From the NCBI GenBank assembly GCA_029953675.1, contig JAMWBK010000004.1, forward strand, positions 1,012,001-1,260,000: DNA of 248,000 nucleotides, written 5' to 3'. The stretch's first letter is position 1, and every line of letters begins with the position of its first letter. Of this stretch, positions 214,201 through 227,943 are shown piece by piece. The translations under genes and the position numbers were made by a program. The stretch is from Rhodosorus marinus CCMP1338 (lineage: Eukaryota > Plantae > Rhodophyta). The notes under the pieces were generated by a model. The model was not told the origin of the DNA, searched no databases, and worked only from the letters and a program-made list of their open reading frames with translations.

Positions 214201-217200
214201 CGAGGACTGTAGGAAGGGCGTAAAGAGCGCGCCTCGAAAACTAGGGCAGCATTACAGCGCCAAAGAGTCAGACTCAAAGTAACGTACAGGCGGGCCGGAA
214301 CAGGCGGGCGGGAGCATCAGGGCGGTCGCGGTAACACTCCCGCCATCGAGAATCCGCTATGTGCGAATCCAAAGACCTCTACCATAAGTGGAACGAACCG
214401 ACAAGCAAGCGCAGACTGCAAAGTCTCAGTGTTGGCTAGGGTCTCCGTGTACACTGACTCCTTATGCTTCTGCATAGTATTTGCAGCGGCAGCCCGAGTC
214501 CTAACACCCTTTCACCGCCCCACAGCTCGCCAGCAGGTGCTCCATCACAGCGTGTACGGTGGAGATGGTGAGGATGATTCGGTGGATCTTCTCCTGGCGG
214601 CTCCTCCTAGACCCTACTCGCCCCAGTACAAGAACGGATGTGCTCCAAAGAACCCTCCCATGGGATCGCCTATTCGACGTTGCTGTTGTCTTGCAGAGGA
214701 TCAGCGCACCCCCACAGTGCCCGTTCAAATCGCCAGTGAGAAGTATTGACACCTAGAAGAGAGGTTTCCTGACCATGGACGCTGGCTCACACCCAAAACA
214801 GAACTGAAGGCTCGTCCACGGCTCAAAGTCGGTGAGCGTGGTGTAGGGCATCAATGGTTGAGCGGGCCAGTTTGAATCAAGACGGGAATAGAGCAACAGG
214901 AAACAAAACCGTTGAAATCAGCACCGCTATGCACGTAAGTACCAGGGGCGGGGGGGGGGGGGGTTTACGGGGGTCGGAGGGCGGTCACACTAGAATTTGA
215001 TGAGGTCGAATCGAGTCTATCGCATCCACGATTTCATGGTACCTCCGAGACTTTTATGCGTTTTTTTATGAGCTACCTGTCAAGGGCGAACTGCTGCGCA
215101 CGTTGCTTTGGAGCCCTCCCGTCAAATATCTCCGTTGTAAAAACAAACTCACCAAACTCACGCTCTGGAGAAACCTCCTCCCTGGTTACTCCCTGACAAG
215201 GCGAGGCAGGATGTAGCACGCTGAGGCAAATGTAGTGCAAAACGGTGGAGATCCATATGAGAACGGAGCTTGCCCAATCGTCGATTCCAATCAGCCCGTA
215301 CTCCATCTGATGATCTACGTGCCTTATCGTTCTATCCTGGATACGTCCTATCCTCCGTTTCCACGCCAGTGGGCTCCCAAAACCCCTTTCGGAGGATTCC
215401 AGAAGCTTTGCTGGTGAGGTTAACAAAGATTATCTAGGCCAAATGGGGGTAGGAAAATCCTTTATTAAACATCGATCCTAGTTCAGATTTCATCTTAAAT
215501 ATAAACAAAAAAATCAGCAACCAATCTTCAATAGGAAAGTAATTCAACCGGAGGGTTGGAGAGAAATTGTGACAAACTCCTATCCTCCTCTTAGGTTTAA
215601 TCCCTCCTATATCTGAACTGCACAATAGCATATGAATTTTTTAAAATAAAATCAAACATATATTGAATAGGAAAATAATTTAAAAGGAATCCTAAAGATC
215701 AACAAAATACACATGACTTATTTTTTGGATATTTTCAACGAATCCATAACTATTCGCGATAGTACAAAGGGGTGGAAGATGGGTCTAGTAGTATATCTTA
215801 AATTCCTTGGAAAGAAGATCCGCATTGGCATATCTCCACCGACAATCAATGATTGGTGATTCGTGTTCATTGGATTTGAGGACAATTGAAGAGTGGCTTA
215901 GAAATCCGATTTTCTCTTTTCGTTTTGATATTATCTCAGTAAGCCCTTTTATGAAAATCTAAAATCCAACAGAAATGGCTTTTTTGAATAGCGAAGTAAT
216001 TTTGAGTAGGGTGAGGAGGGGATAGGAATGATTGAAATAGCTCAACGAATCATCGCCGTTTGAGACAGAGTTTTTCAAGTTATTCAACACTCAAGCATGT
216101 AACTGTAGCGAATTTTCCGAAAGTGAAAACTGAACCTCTGTTAATCAAATTTTATAAGTTATTCAGATACAGAAACGTGCACCTCAATCGACGCAGCGTA
216201 GTAATCTATTTCCTCTCGTCGTCCGCAGAATTACCATTTCCTTAATTTTTTTAGAATGTAATAAACTTTATTTGTATCGAGTGTAGCGAATTCCTGGTTT
216301 CCCGGCCTTTTTGTTAGGTGGGGAAGTCTACTTTCAACTCCAGATTCCCTCCCAATAATAATCTTAAATTGACTGACACTGGAAAAATGCAGGTTTTATT
216401 GTTGGGACACGCGTCATCAGAGTCCTATTTCGCTTTCAAAAATGGTAGTTCGGGTCTGAATAAACCAATGGTTTCAAAAAAAAAACGGAAAGGAAGACCT
216501 CAATCGGGAGTCGTGATTTTCATAACCGAAAACTTCATATTTCTCAACTGTTGGAGATATTTCCAAAGCGAGAACGGGGTGTGAACACGGGATTTTCTTC
216601 TATTGGTCTCAAGGATCATGTTTTGTTCAAATATTCCTGAATATATTTGCTTTCTTCAAGGCAAAAAGAACTCTTACGTACTTGACACACGCGAAATCGG
216701 GGACTCCGTCCTCTTTGGACATAGTAAGGTAGAGATCAATTGCACCAAAAAAAAAGCTCAAAGGCATAGGCTTGGTGTGTCTGCCTTGGACGAAGCTAAA
216801 TCTGCATCTTCTTCACCCTTTCAATTGGAAACGAAACTCTTTTTTGGTTGAGCTAATCAGTTTGGAGTTGCTTCGAGCATGTTCAGAGTATTTCGTTTCG
216901 CTGTGCCAGGGGCGGAGGGAAGGAAGGGGGGGAGGTATGGGTTAGTCATCGGAGTGGTCCTGTACGGCCCTTATAGTTGTGCCTGCTCGTCACATCGTGT
217001 GCATCATTTCGTAAGGCGGTTACGAACTAACTCACAGAATTTCGGTGAAAAACCAGGTACGAGCTACTTAAAACTTTCGGAATAGAACCGTATGTTCCCT
217101 ACTTTTGTCTGGAGCATCCACCCAGGGCCGTAGCCATCAAGTAACCTAACATCCTAAAAGACCTTCAAAACACCTAGTCGCCTGTCTCTTGAACCATCAA

Positions 217201-219200
217201 GTTGTATGTGCTGTGAACCGATTATCGTCCCGCTCCTCCACCGCAAGACGACGGCTAGCAGTTTCTCAGTTAACTGATTGAGTGACTAAGTGAATAGCTG
217301 CGTAAGGCATGCTCTGTACTTTTTGTGCGCCTTGCCAACGGCAGCTTTCACTGACCGGCGTCTGAAAAAAAAGAGAAATTGGTACTTACATCATTCCAGA
217401 AAAATCGTTCATCATGAAACCCACGGAGATGCAGCCACGTTCTGCGCCGTGCAATTTTTGTGAATCTTTTCAGCTGTCGTTCAATGCCCGAGCATCATCA
217501 CGTAGCGCACCCAGAGCAGTGGCAGGGCATCCAAGACGTTGAGAGAGACATTGGGGATTTTCTTTCGTAGAATTAGATCTATCAAACTACTTGAGAGACA
217601 TTGGGGATTTTCTTTCGTAGAATTAGATCTATCAAACTACTTTCTTTGTTTGCACTTTCAAGGTTCATAGAACACATTCATGTCGAGGTACAAAAAGGGA
217701 GGGGGGAGGGAAGGGAGGGGAGATACCACGGCCGAATTATAAGACGATAATTAGTCAAGCATGCAAGCTGCAACAGTGAAAGAAGCATCACGTGGACTTC
217801 AAACGTTTCCGAGCGACATTGGGTTTTGAGGAAAACCAAGCGGAATCCAGAAAGGGCTTATGGAAGCGTGCTAGCCCTTAGCTGGCGCTAGCCATAGTAC
217901 TAAACTAACTCCAGCGGATTGCGCTTGTTTTCAACTCAGTAAGATTAGTTCATCTCAAAATCCAAGACAAGGCCTTTCGATACTGATATCTCCATCCTGG
218001 TCGTTTTCGGTTCCAATCGAAGTCCTTCTCGGGAGGTTTCCCTACCCCACCCAGTCCTCATCCAGGGAGGGGGGGAGAGAAGTCATTTAATCCGCTATTG
218101 AAACCCAAAAATCTTGTAGACTTTTTCACGCCTACGCCCTGATTTGACTTAAAACTGATCGTATAGAGTTGTGAAATAATATTAATAATAGCCAAAATTT
218201 GGGACCAAATCTCTGTCAACTCTTGGCAAGAACAACACCAATTTCAAGCGCCCAATTCCGAAACGAGTCCTCTCATGAAACAATTTCAGGACCCTTCAAT
218301 AAACTTCTAATAAAAATGAATGTTAACTTGGTGTTGGGTGGAATATATCACCTTCAACCCCATGGTACAGTATACACTTCTTGCAAATACGAGCCTCTCC
218401 AATCGGGAAGGTGGGGATTGATTCCTCGTCCAGACCCCTCCCCATCAAGGGCATGTCGTTTACTTTTTGCTCCTCGTTCAGCCGTAGCAGCAACAGCACC
218501 ACCACCTAACTGTTAGACGAAAAAAGCAAACGCAGTTTCAGTTTCGGGTGCACTTCCGGACAAGGGTTCCAATCAATCTTGGAGAGGGAGAGAGAGAAAA
218601 AAATATATATGTCTGAGTTTTTTCAAGAAACTTTTTTGTGTGCTGGGAAGAGGAGACCTCTGGCTCTGCTTTGTGCGTGGTTTTTTTTAAGTCAAAAGAC
218701 CCTATCGGGTTGACCAAGCCTAGACAAGTTGGGTAGGAGTTAGTTCGCGATGACAAATGCGTTTGTTCGTGAAAATCCAGAGAAAATCGTCAGAAGGTCG
218801 CGCTTGACAGATGATGTGGGAAATTCGTCACACAGGCGGCTGTGTGGCCTGTGCTCCGGCGTGGTTATAGGTCAAGCAGCTTGAAAACGCAGCACTATGG
218901 CAGCACAATTCGGTAATTTTTTCCAAAGTGCTTGTGGTCGGGGAAATCTACTTTTATGAACGTCTGCGTTTCTTTTGTATAAGTTGGTCATAACGCACCC
219001 GGTGGTGTGGGAGAAGACCCCGACGGATGGGTAGAGTGGTGGCACATATGGTTTTCATACGATGATGATTAGATGGAAGCAGCAGCCTCAGCCGATTGAA
219101 ACTAGCCTTGCCGGGGCTTAAGCGGCCCTGGTGGTCCTGGGGCGGTAAAGGAATCCCGCAAAGACACGGAAACCAACGAAGTTTATAACCTGAAACCAGA

Positions 219201-221513
219201 ATGGGGATCACTTTGGATATTAACCCCACGACGGTGAACGTGATCACGGACTTGGTGCTGATAATCATGCAATTGGTGTGGCTGAGGGCCATGCAAGTGC
219301 TATCCATTGCCGACATCAAGCGCCAAGTAAGGTTTGGGAGGAGAATATTCTCTTATGAGACGATGGGTAGCTTGGTCTACCTAAACTTTGGTTTGGCAAA
219401 ATATCGGAAGCTCAAGCGGGATGAGATAATGAGCGCCCGGGAACATCGTGGCTTTGTCTTGCGTCTTCTGTTTGCGACGCTAGCAATACTCATGAATCTA
219501 TCGCTTGTCCTCCTGCACGTGCTTATTGACTATGGTTTGGATTTCACGGTGACGATGCCCCTGTCAGAACAGGTCGCTTCATACGATATGAACGGTTTGT
219601 ATCCGGATACATCAATTCTGGAAGCGCTGGAAACGTACGAGAGGATGTCGAACAACCTGCGCGCAGAGATTGAACCACTCTGTAAAAAGGCAGGGCTCGA
219701 GGATGATGAATGGGCATGCGATATTGAGGGGCGCGAGGCGCTCAACTACTACGGAGACAAAATTCGCGAGAGCGTTAGGTTTGCGTCCTCAGTGTTTGAC
219801 ACAGGTTCTATTGAGCAACTCAACGCAGTGCAGAGCTTGGAAATAGACTACAGGCCTAGTTCTGACTCTGGGAGGGAAGCTCATACCTGTAGGGTCAAAG
219901 AGTTTGACAGCGCTGAGACTTTTTCTGGGGAGTTCGAGTTCGAGCGTCCGGACTGTGGCTTTGGTAAAAACCTAATTCGTGAGATCAGGTTCCAGATGGC
220001 GACGAAAATAAGTTTTCAGGAGATCGAGCTGCGCGTCGAGCCAGAGTTCTTGGGTGCAAACGCGAAGCCCAACCAGATGCGTCATCACTTGAACGCCAAG
220101 GATAAGCGACAGGTGCCCTCCACAGTTTCTCTCAAGCGCTTTGGGAACCAGACACTTGCTGGGGGGGACTTCGGTCCTGTTCAGGTGCAGTTAGCTCGGC
220201 TCAGCGTAGATACGAAGTTCGTTTTTGGGCCTGGTCAATCACAAACATTGGTGCTGAGGGACTTGACAAGGTTCAGAGCGGGGGTGTCTGACGAGCATGG
220301 TCTAAACATGAAGATGAACAGCACTACAGTACCCGTTCAAGTCACTACCGGACAGGCTGATAAAGGCTGCTACACGACGTTCAAGGACCAAGTGGTTTTT
220401 CGAATGAAACTGAGAGTGCACGGGCTGGAATGTGGAACCTACGAGTTTGTGCGGACCGCGGAAGAGTGCAACACTAGGCGAGTGCACATTGATGAGGACG
220501 GGAGGAAGAGCTTCCTGGTCGGTTTCCAGGCAACACGAGGCGCTGTAATGCTCTACGATAGTCTGGACGATTCGGAACGGGATGAGTGCTTGGCTCATAT
220601 TCGAGAAATGTACGCAGAGTATCTCGATGAGAGCATCCCAAAGTCGAATAGGGCTATCGGTGTTGCGGTCCAAGCGGGGCTTATTTGCGCGACACCGCTC
220701 GACCCGAATGCGGCAAAGGCAGTTTGTCCGCCCGGTGAAGACCATGAGCAGGGCTGTAGATTTTGCCAGATAGGCGGCAAAGTTGTGAAGCTCCATGAGG
220801 ACCATTGGGAGAGGCTTGAGCATCTCGAGAAAGTGGGCGATGTGGGATCTGATCCAAGAGTTTTCAAACTGGACGTTCGCCTTATTGCGCATTCCGTGCA
220901 AGTGGAAGGCGGGGACCCGGTCGTTATCAGGCAGGCTTTGGAGAACTTGGGTCCACTTGTGAAGGACCACTTTGCGACACTGCTGATACAGTTCTTGTCC
221001 TCCTCGACTTCTCGCAACAACCTCCTTGGTTTGAAAACGCAGTGGCTCATGCACGTGCTGATCTCGATGCTGTCGACGCAGATGAGACCTGAAGCTCGAA
221101 TGGTGAATCTGTACGAGTCGAAACAGGTAGCCGTTCTGGAGGAAGCTTACTTAGGAGGTCTTCTCGCGGTTTTGATCATCACGGCTTTAACCGTCCTAGT
221201 GACTGCGGTTAAGTACATGTACGAATTCGGAGTCTACTACAAGCTGAACTCGAGGATCCGGATACCCATGACCGTTACCGAGTGGATCGTCCTGGGCTTA
221301 AAGCAGATCAGTGCTCTTAAGGGTAATAGTTCAACTTATTATAACTACGATTTTACGGTCCTACCAATGGAAAACCTGGACTTTGGGCCTATGAATGAGG
221401 ATGAGAAGATGCGCTTCGGGGTGGATCGGAGATACAAAGAACTTGGTACAATATGCTTCTCTGATGAGCTGACGCCGGTGAGCCGAGGCGTTGATTATAA
221501 AAGCAGTCTGTAA
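219201..221513 (+). CDS. Intronless hypothetical membrane protein (770 aa)
   Basis: Long clean ORF; TM helices near both termini flanking a large Cys-containing loop. Confidence 0.75.
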   Translation: MGITLDINPTTVNVITDLVLIIMQLVWLRAMQVLSIADIKRQVRFGRRIFSYETMGSLVYLNFGLAKYRKLKRDEIMSAREHRGFVLRLLFATLAILMNLSLVLLHVLIDYGLDFTVTMPLSEQVASYDMNGLYPDTSILEALETYERMSNNLRAEIEPLCKKAGLEDDEWACDIEGREALNYYGDKIRESVRFASSVFDTGSIEQLNAVQSLEIDYRPSSDSGREAHTCRVKEFDSAETFSGEFEFERPDCGFGKNLIREIRFQMATKISFQEIELRVEPEFLGANAKPNQMRHHLNAKDKRQVPSTVSLKRFGNQTLAGGDFGPVQVQLARLSVDTKFVFGPGQSQTLVLRDLTRFRAGVSDEHGLNMKMNSTTVPVQVTTGQADKGCYTTFKDQVVFRMKLRVHGLECGTYEFVRTAEECNTRRVHIDEDGRKSFLVGFQATRGAVMLYDSLDDSERDECLAHIREMYAEYLDESIPKSNRAIGVAVQAGLICATPLDPNAAKAVCPPGEDHEQGCRFCQIGGKVVKLHEDHWERLEHLEKVGDVGSDPRVFKLDVRLIAHSVQVEGGDPVVIRQALENLGPLVKDHFATLLIQFLSSSTSRNNLLGLKTQWLMHVLISMLSTQMRPEARMVNLYESKQVAVLEEAYLGGLLAVLIITALTVLVTAVKYMYEFGVYYKLNSRIRIPMTVTEWIVLGLKQISALKGNSSTYYNYDFTVLPMENLDFGPMNEDEKMRFGVDRRYKELGTICFSDELTPVSRGVDYKSSL

Positions 221514-222368
221514 AGTGTGGCTTGGTTGAGGAAGAAGGTTGTCGATGCGCATCCTTGGACGCAACGGCGGGCTCCTTCGGGTTTAAAGATTCAGGAGCAC
221601 TGCGGTTGATTCGTCCCAGCTCGGAAACGGGTGATCGCGTGATCGACACGAGAGCAGAACTGAAACTTTATCTCGCTGCTTGTGGGGCCACGGTGTTCTT
221701 CTCAGAGATACTGGATGTGATCAATCTTGCTGCGTGCCACCGCGACCTGCAGAAAAGGTGTACTACGTAGTTCGTGTCGGGAACTCGACTTTCATAGTTA
221801 CCGCAACTATATATATAGATCTTTCTTTCATTGAGAATGATCAACGACGACTGGTTAACTATTTTTGATGATATGGTGCTATAGCTTCGCGACTTTATTC
221901 TTCTAGATCGGAAGCTTCTGCACTTCTGCAGCAGCATCCCCGGAGAAGCTCAACAACGCAGGGAAACATCTCTGACCCTAAAAAAAAAGAGTCAGTTGTT
222001 GGCATTCAAGAGCTACACCTCCCTCGCATGAGGCGTGCATTCATAAATTAAATCAACGATTTTGCGGAAGGAGCTCCTCACGCAAAGCATCAGAAGCTGA
222101 TTTAGATGGACTTGCGATGAAGTCCAATTAACCCAGCTTCTCATTTCAATGCTTACAGTTAAGGTCACTCGAGTGAGCGTGAATCAGTTACCGATCAGGT
222201 GCACCAAGTAGCTCCAATCACTTGCCTTAAGACCCAGTACTCGTGCTCCTGTGGTAGGCTTCTCCAGCTGTTTTTCCACCACACACATACGTCATCGTTT
222301 CAATTCGTCCTCGATGATTTGCTTTCCTCATGCCATTCAATAGACCCCCTTCAGCCCAACAGAGACGA

Positions 222369-223260
222369 TCAAAGAGCCAAATGAGACGAAATTGTCTGCC
222401 AGATGTGACGCGCCATTTTTTGTCCGCCAATATCACTTGGCTCTACCCGCTGAACGTAATCTTCCGTGTCTTTTGGATCCAGAGCTTCATACAATGCTAC
222501 GGGAACAATTTTCGTACCAGCTATCGTGATCTCGCTTGTCGCAGTGAGGTACAACTGCCTGAGCACGGCTTGCATCTTTGCAGGTTGGGCATCGTAACCA
222601 AGAACTCTCAAAGGAAGGTCTGCCCAAGAGCCCGTCTGATTTTCATCGGGAAAGTACAGCATACACACTAGAACCAGTCGCGGCTTTCGCAAGGAAACCA
222701 ATTTCTCAATGTACAGCCGCGTCTTCTCGCCGAACAATCTCACCATGTGCTTTCGTCCCCAGGCCTTGTCGAATTCATTCTCCAAGGTCTGGAGTCTGTT
222801 CAAACGTATAAGAGATAGAGCGCTTATGGCAGTGCGCAGGGTGGGTGAGTGAGCTACGTCATTGCCTCCAAGTGAAACAACTACGACATCACCCTCCATC
222901 AAGTTGTCGCGGACGATATTGTCGTGCGCGAGAAGCGACCCGCCCAACCTCTGCGCGAGCGTGGATTCCTCTACCCCGCAGTTTACGACCAATGCTCTGT
223001 CGCGTGCAGCTACGCCGAGGTGATAGGCAACGTCTGGACGTGCCAATGGAGGTCTAAGTATCGATGCGTACTCTGATTCAAGATCGCGAAGAGAGCATCC
223101 CTGCACCCAATACTTGTTATCCAGAGTTGAGTCACCACAAAGCCATACAAGCGGCCGATTTCCTGCCTCCTCGCGGAGAAATTTCGCATACCGTGCTAGG
223201 TCATGAATAGGGTGACCGTGGAACCTAGTTTTTATCAGACAACATTCAGAGCCTCAAGGT
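222369..223260 (-). CDS. SGNH/GDSL-like hydrolase
   Basis: GDSTLDNKYW, VSLGGNDVA, EPSDIGG; 5' end uncertain. Confidence 0.78.
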
Positions 223261-223799
223261 CAGAGCACGAGTGCAAGAGAAGAAGAAAAGGTGGGAACTG
223301 AACTGCTCAGCCCCAGGTTCCGCTGCTTTTTGTTCTCGGCCTTTCTTACTCTGCATAGAAACTCGAGCTTGAGATTTCATTCTTCATCCTCGAAGATCTC
223401 CCCGTACGCGATTTGCGGGACTGGTTGACCTCGCCCGAGCCGGTCTTCTCTGATGAACTCATTAATCGCTGCTTGGCGGTTCCAGAAATGTCAGCCTGGA
223501 AGGCAAATGCCATTTTAATTCTCAAGCTACTTCATCCAACTGGAACCCAAAACCGTTTGCATGTACGTCCCGAGCATATTCTGCTTCATGCGCCAAGCAC
223601 GGTTCGTTTCGTTCGGATCTCGACCAGTGAAGGTCCGGGTGAAGAAGACGATTGTATGTCATGAACGTGGTCCAGCTGAATGACCATCAACTGTGTGCTG
223701 TCTTCAAGAGGCAAGGGCTCTGCTAGACGACATGCGAGATTACGAATCTGGCAGCCTGTTTCATGAGAGGAACTGTTTTGAACGACAAAACTATGACGA

Positions 223800-224165
223800 C
223801 GGGTGGGTTCCTTGGACCCTGGTGTGGGTACTGCTCTAAACGAGGTCCCCAGGGATGACCGTGCAAATGTTGAACGGCACCGTCAGATTGGTGGACAAAT
223901 CTGGAGGTGCTTATGCAAATAATCGGAAAGGAGGGCAGGAATCCAAGTAGCGGACTGAGAGATGCGTGTAACGGGAACTAAACGACAGGTGGTTCCTTGG
224001 ATCCTGGTGTGGGCACTGTTCTCCGCAGGTCCCAAGGGATGAGCGTCAAATATTGGGCAGCATCGTCAGATTTGGTGGACAGATCTGGAGCTGTTTATGC
224101 AACTCTTGGGAAAGGAGGGCAGTAATCCAAGTCTGAGCGATGCGCGATGTAACGGGAACTAAAAT
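223800..224165. repeat. 185-bp tandem duplication (non-coding)
   Basis: GGTTCCTTGGA at 223806 and 223991; shared blocks through GTAACGGGAACTAAA. Confidence 0.8.
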
Positions 224166-224371
224166 TAAGAACCACAAAACTCAAACACTTAATGTCCCTC
224201 TGTATAATGAAAGATTTATTTCTATAAAAAATGTGAGTTATTTTGGTTAACCATTAGTGCTGGTGAAAAACTTATTAGTTCCGTGTCGTCTTGCGACTCT
224301 ATGTGCTCAAAACAGATTAAATATCCTTCTTTTCATCCGAGCTAGTATGGCGTCCGAGAAGATTGCACCAC

Positions 224372-224908
224372 TTAGTAGTAGTACGTGGTCTTGACTTCGC
224401 GATAACTGTCCATATGCGGAGAAGGTTCCATCGCGAGCTCCCGCCCTGAATTGTTCATGACTGGAACCTCCGCATCTGCGACCGATTGGAGGACTTGGGG
224501 TACAACGTGAACGGAATTTCGCATGCTCAAGAGGGTTTGCGCAATGTCTTCCTCAACGCTGTCCAACTGCATCGATAGTTTTGCAGGAGTGGTTTTCGAA
224601 ATTACCGGTACGGCGGATCGAATGGTCGGTGTTCCGCTCTTCTTCATTCGCTCCATTCGAAGGAAGTACTTCTGCGCATGAGATCTGATCTGGACGGCTG
224701 TCTTTGTGGCCACTTTCTGTTCGATAAGTTTCCATTCTCTTCCATGCATGGCAAGCGCCTTCACGAACCTAGAGTGCTCTTCTTCGGTCCAGTATTCCCG
224801 CCTCTTCGTGAGGACGTACTTCTTTCTCTTCCTAGATATCTCCGTAGCTTGTGGTACGCTGCGCAATCCTTCGGACCCGGAGCTAACACTGCTGGCCTCT
224901 TCCTCCAT
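224372..224908 (-). CDS. MYB-related SHAQKYF transcription factor (RVE/LHY-like)
   Basis: YVLTKRREYWTEEEHSRF..KTAVQIRSHAQKYF. Confidence 0.9.
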   Translation of the reverse strand: MEEEASSVSSGSEGLRSVPQATEISRKRKKYVLTKRREYWTEEEHSRFVKALAMHGREWKLIEQKVATKTAVQIRSHAQKYFLRMERMKKSGTPTIRSAVPVISKTTPAKLSMQLDSVEEDIAQTLLSMRNSVHVVPQVLQSVADAEVPVMNNSGRELAMEPSPHMDSYREVKTTYYY

Positions 224909-227900
224909 TATATGATTCCTCGTTATTGGTTACCACCAACACACCCGCGAGTTCAAGCCAATCAACAAACAACAAGGTTTTCAGGTCTTGCAGTGAGCAA
225001 CAACGACCATAGAAGATAGGCAAAAAGTCCTTACTATTGGTTTCCTTTGTCCCTATGGCACGCAAATTTCCTCCGACCCAGCTCCGTAATGGAGTGCTGG
225101 GTTGGGTTAAATAATGTCGACGTTTCCGCCGAGCCGATTCGAAGCCAAACCCCAATCGTTCCAAGCGAAGCGATGCCCGCCGCAGAGAATTTCTTGAAAC
225201 TTTTTTTCATCTAGTTCTGTCGCTTCGGATACAGATTTGCAGAAATAAAACGGAGGATTTTACGCGAAGCGAACGCGAATCTCGCGGTTAAGATTATACG
225301 CAAACGCTTTTCATTGGAAGAAGTACGACTTTTCCAAGACGTAGAGGCGCTTGTATATTAAATATTAATCTATTCATCATATACGAAACGAGACAATTTA
225401 TTATTGGTCAACAGATACCCAATAAATGTCTTCTTCGTTTTCAAAAGACGGACTTGGTCGAATCATAATGTGTAAAGTGTGCTCCTTCGAAAATTGATAG
225501 AGCACAAGAACACCAAGGAAACCACACGAAAATCTGACCATCAAACAAAGGCCTGATAAAACCATACCTCGAAACGTCAGGCCTTATAAAACTTCAAAAA
225601 CATCAATTTATCAAAGTTCGATTTGCACTATGGCTTTCCACCATCCCCCCCCTTTCTCCATACTTCAAATACCTTGTCCGGATAATCCGGATTGACCTTT
225701 CGCGAATATCAAACAACGTCTCGAGTCCGCAGATTCAGGGCGTGGGAGCTCGCCATGGGGAAAATGTGTCCACAAGAGTCACCACATCTATTTCATCTTA
225801 AAACAAAACATATCAGAATATCTAACCATCGGGTAGGCCAGGGAATGACCAATCGTAATCAAATGCGTTCCTTCCCTTCGACCCAAACAAAAAACAAATC
225901 TACCAAATTTAAAACAAAACAAAACTATCTTGGACCCCATTGACTTGAGTGAAGATAACTAAAAACAAATTCGGCGTCATATGATTGGTCATCTATCAAT
226001 TTTTCATGAGTGGTTCTTGTTAACCATCACAGCGAGATTCATTTCGGGAGCGGGGAAGGAGAGGGGGCGGGGGAGGGAAAAAAAGTAGTCAAACAAATTT
226101 ATCCCCAAATTCTATAAGAAAAATATTATAAATTTTATATCTGGGATAAAATGAGATCCACTTTCACTTCTACCAGTATCTCAATGGGAACCATCTATTG
226201 TGGGGGGGGGTGGGATTTTGTATCCTGAACGATATATCTTGAAAAAGGTGAAAGCAAAACGAAGCCAAAAACTTGGTTTCGTATCTACCCCCTCCCCCTC
226301 CTCCCCTCCCCCTTTTTCCAACGTTTCCACCTGCACACCATCGTGTGATGGTGTGAAGGTGGAAACGTTGGAAAAAGGTTTCCACCAGGGGGTGTCCCCT
226401 TCAGTTTTTCCTACTAATGATGAAATGTCTAATACTAACCCCCTGTTGGCCATAATCTTCCTATTCCTATGTATTCTCTCTCTCTATCTCTCTCGGGGAT
226501 GGGAAGAGATTGCAACTTTATTAGGGTATTGGTTGGTCCCCTTGGATCCCCTTCCCGTTCCCGCGATCTTGCGTCGGAAAGGGTTACTTGGGAAACATTT
226601 CGTGGTCGATTGTGTGTGTGTGTGATGATCGACCTGTTTTTTCTTGGCTGAAAAGACAAAAAGACTGCCAGTGAGGAAAGGGAAAATGTGATTTGGATTT
226701 GGAATTTTCAAGAAGAGTCGAAGTGCGTTGAGTTCAGCAGCAGACACATGGGAGGTCTTGTCCCGTGTCCCGCTTTTCCTGTGTCCCAAGAACGTGTGGC
226801 GGCTTGAGACCGACTCTTCGGAGGGTATCAATGCAATCTGGAACCGCGGTGGGACGGGGGTAGTCTAATGCCACTTAGCCAGTCCTCACGGACCAATATG
226901 TTTTGGGAATGAGCCATACTTTCTATCCACTCTGGGACAGATTGAGCTGAGGGATTTGTACGGACTTGGATATCTCGGCTCGTCAAAATGGAAGTGGCAC
227001 TAAGCTGGCTTCCAGCGTTGGTTTTCAGCTTTCACTTACAAGCCCCAACCAATCACAGTAGCCACTTTCACCAAACCACGGTTGCTGGAGTTGGTGGAGA
227101 CTCACAAAGTCTTGTGACGATTGCTTCATAAAGGGTAGGCCCCTCCTGATCCTGTCATCGCACGGAGATCGAATTGTCCCGCAGTCACTTCGTAATAGTA
227201 CAAAGCTTGCGATCTTGCTTCACGATTAGTAGTTGAGAATCATTTCTCGTCTGCAATACGAGTCGAACGGGGTTTGCATTGTCAGGAGTATGTTTGCAGG
227301 AGTTCCTGTTAATGGTCAGTTAGCGAGTTGGTTGCAGTGTCGGAACTCTGGGCTCATGGTACACCCTCATCGAGCTAGTTTCATCTCCACGTCTTACTAC
227401 ATCCCGAAACCTGGGTATCCGACACTAGGGCTCCTTGGAAATGCTCCAAAATCCTGGGAACGGTCAGGCTCAGAGCATTTTGAGCAAATAGTCTCCTCGG
227501 TAGCGTCACTTTCTCAACGTTTCTAGTCCCTTATGAAATCACAATCAGTGACACATAGCGGAAACGAGAGTTCGGTTAGCTTTCGGAACCTTGGGGGTTC
227601 ACCCAGGCCCCATTCTATATACACTGACCACTCTCTGAGGTTTTATCGAATCTGCTCTTTATTCTCAACCCGGACGCAACTCATCATGGCAAACCTGGCC
227701 GGATCGAGCGGGCAGAACTGCCTGGTGGAATTGTACACGAATGTAGCTCTGAGTCCCAGATGAGCATGGAAATTGATTTTGATATGCTGGCGGCAGGCAG
227801 ATTCGCAAAATTTTCTTGTGCAGTCTCAAACTGCTACGCCAGTACAGAGCATGGGCGCCCTCATAGACAAAGCACTCACCCCGAATCCGGCAGTTGTTAC

Positions 227901-227943
227901 AAGAAAGCTGCGTTGCCCGCTGCAAAATGTCCAGACATGGGCT

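Noticed and set aside
223900-224140. SRP RNA helix 8 (GGAAAGG..GCAG) or snoRNA identity
   Set aside because: The upstream CAGG partner, the H box and canonical C/D spacing are missing; kept only as an unassigned repeat.
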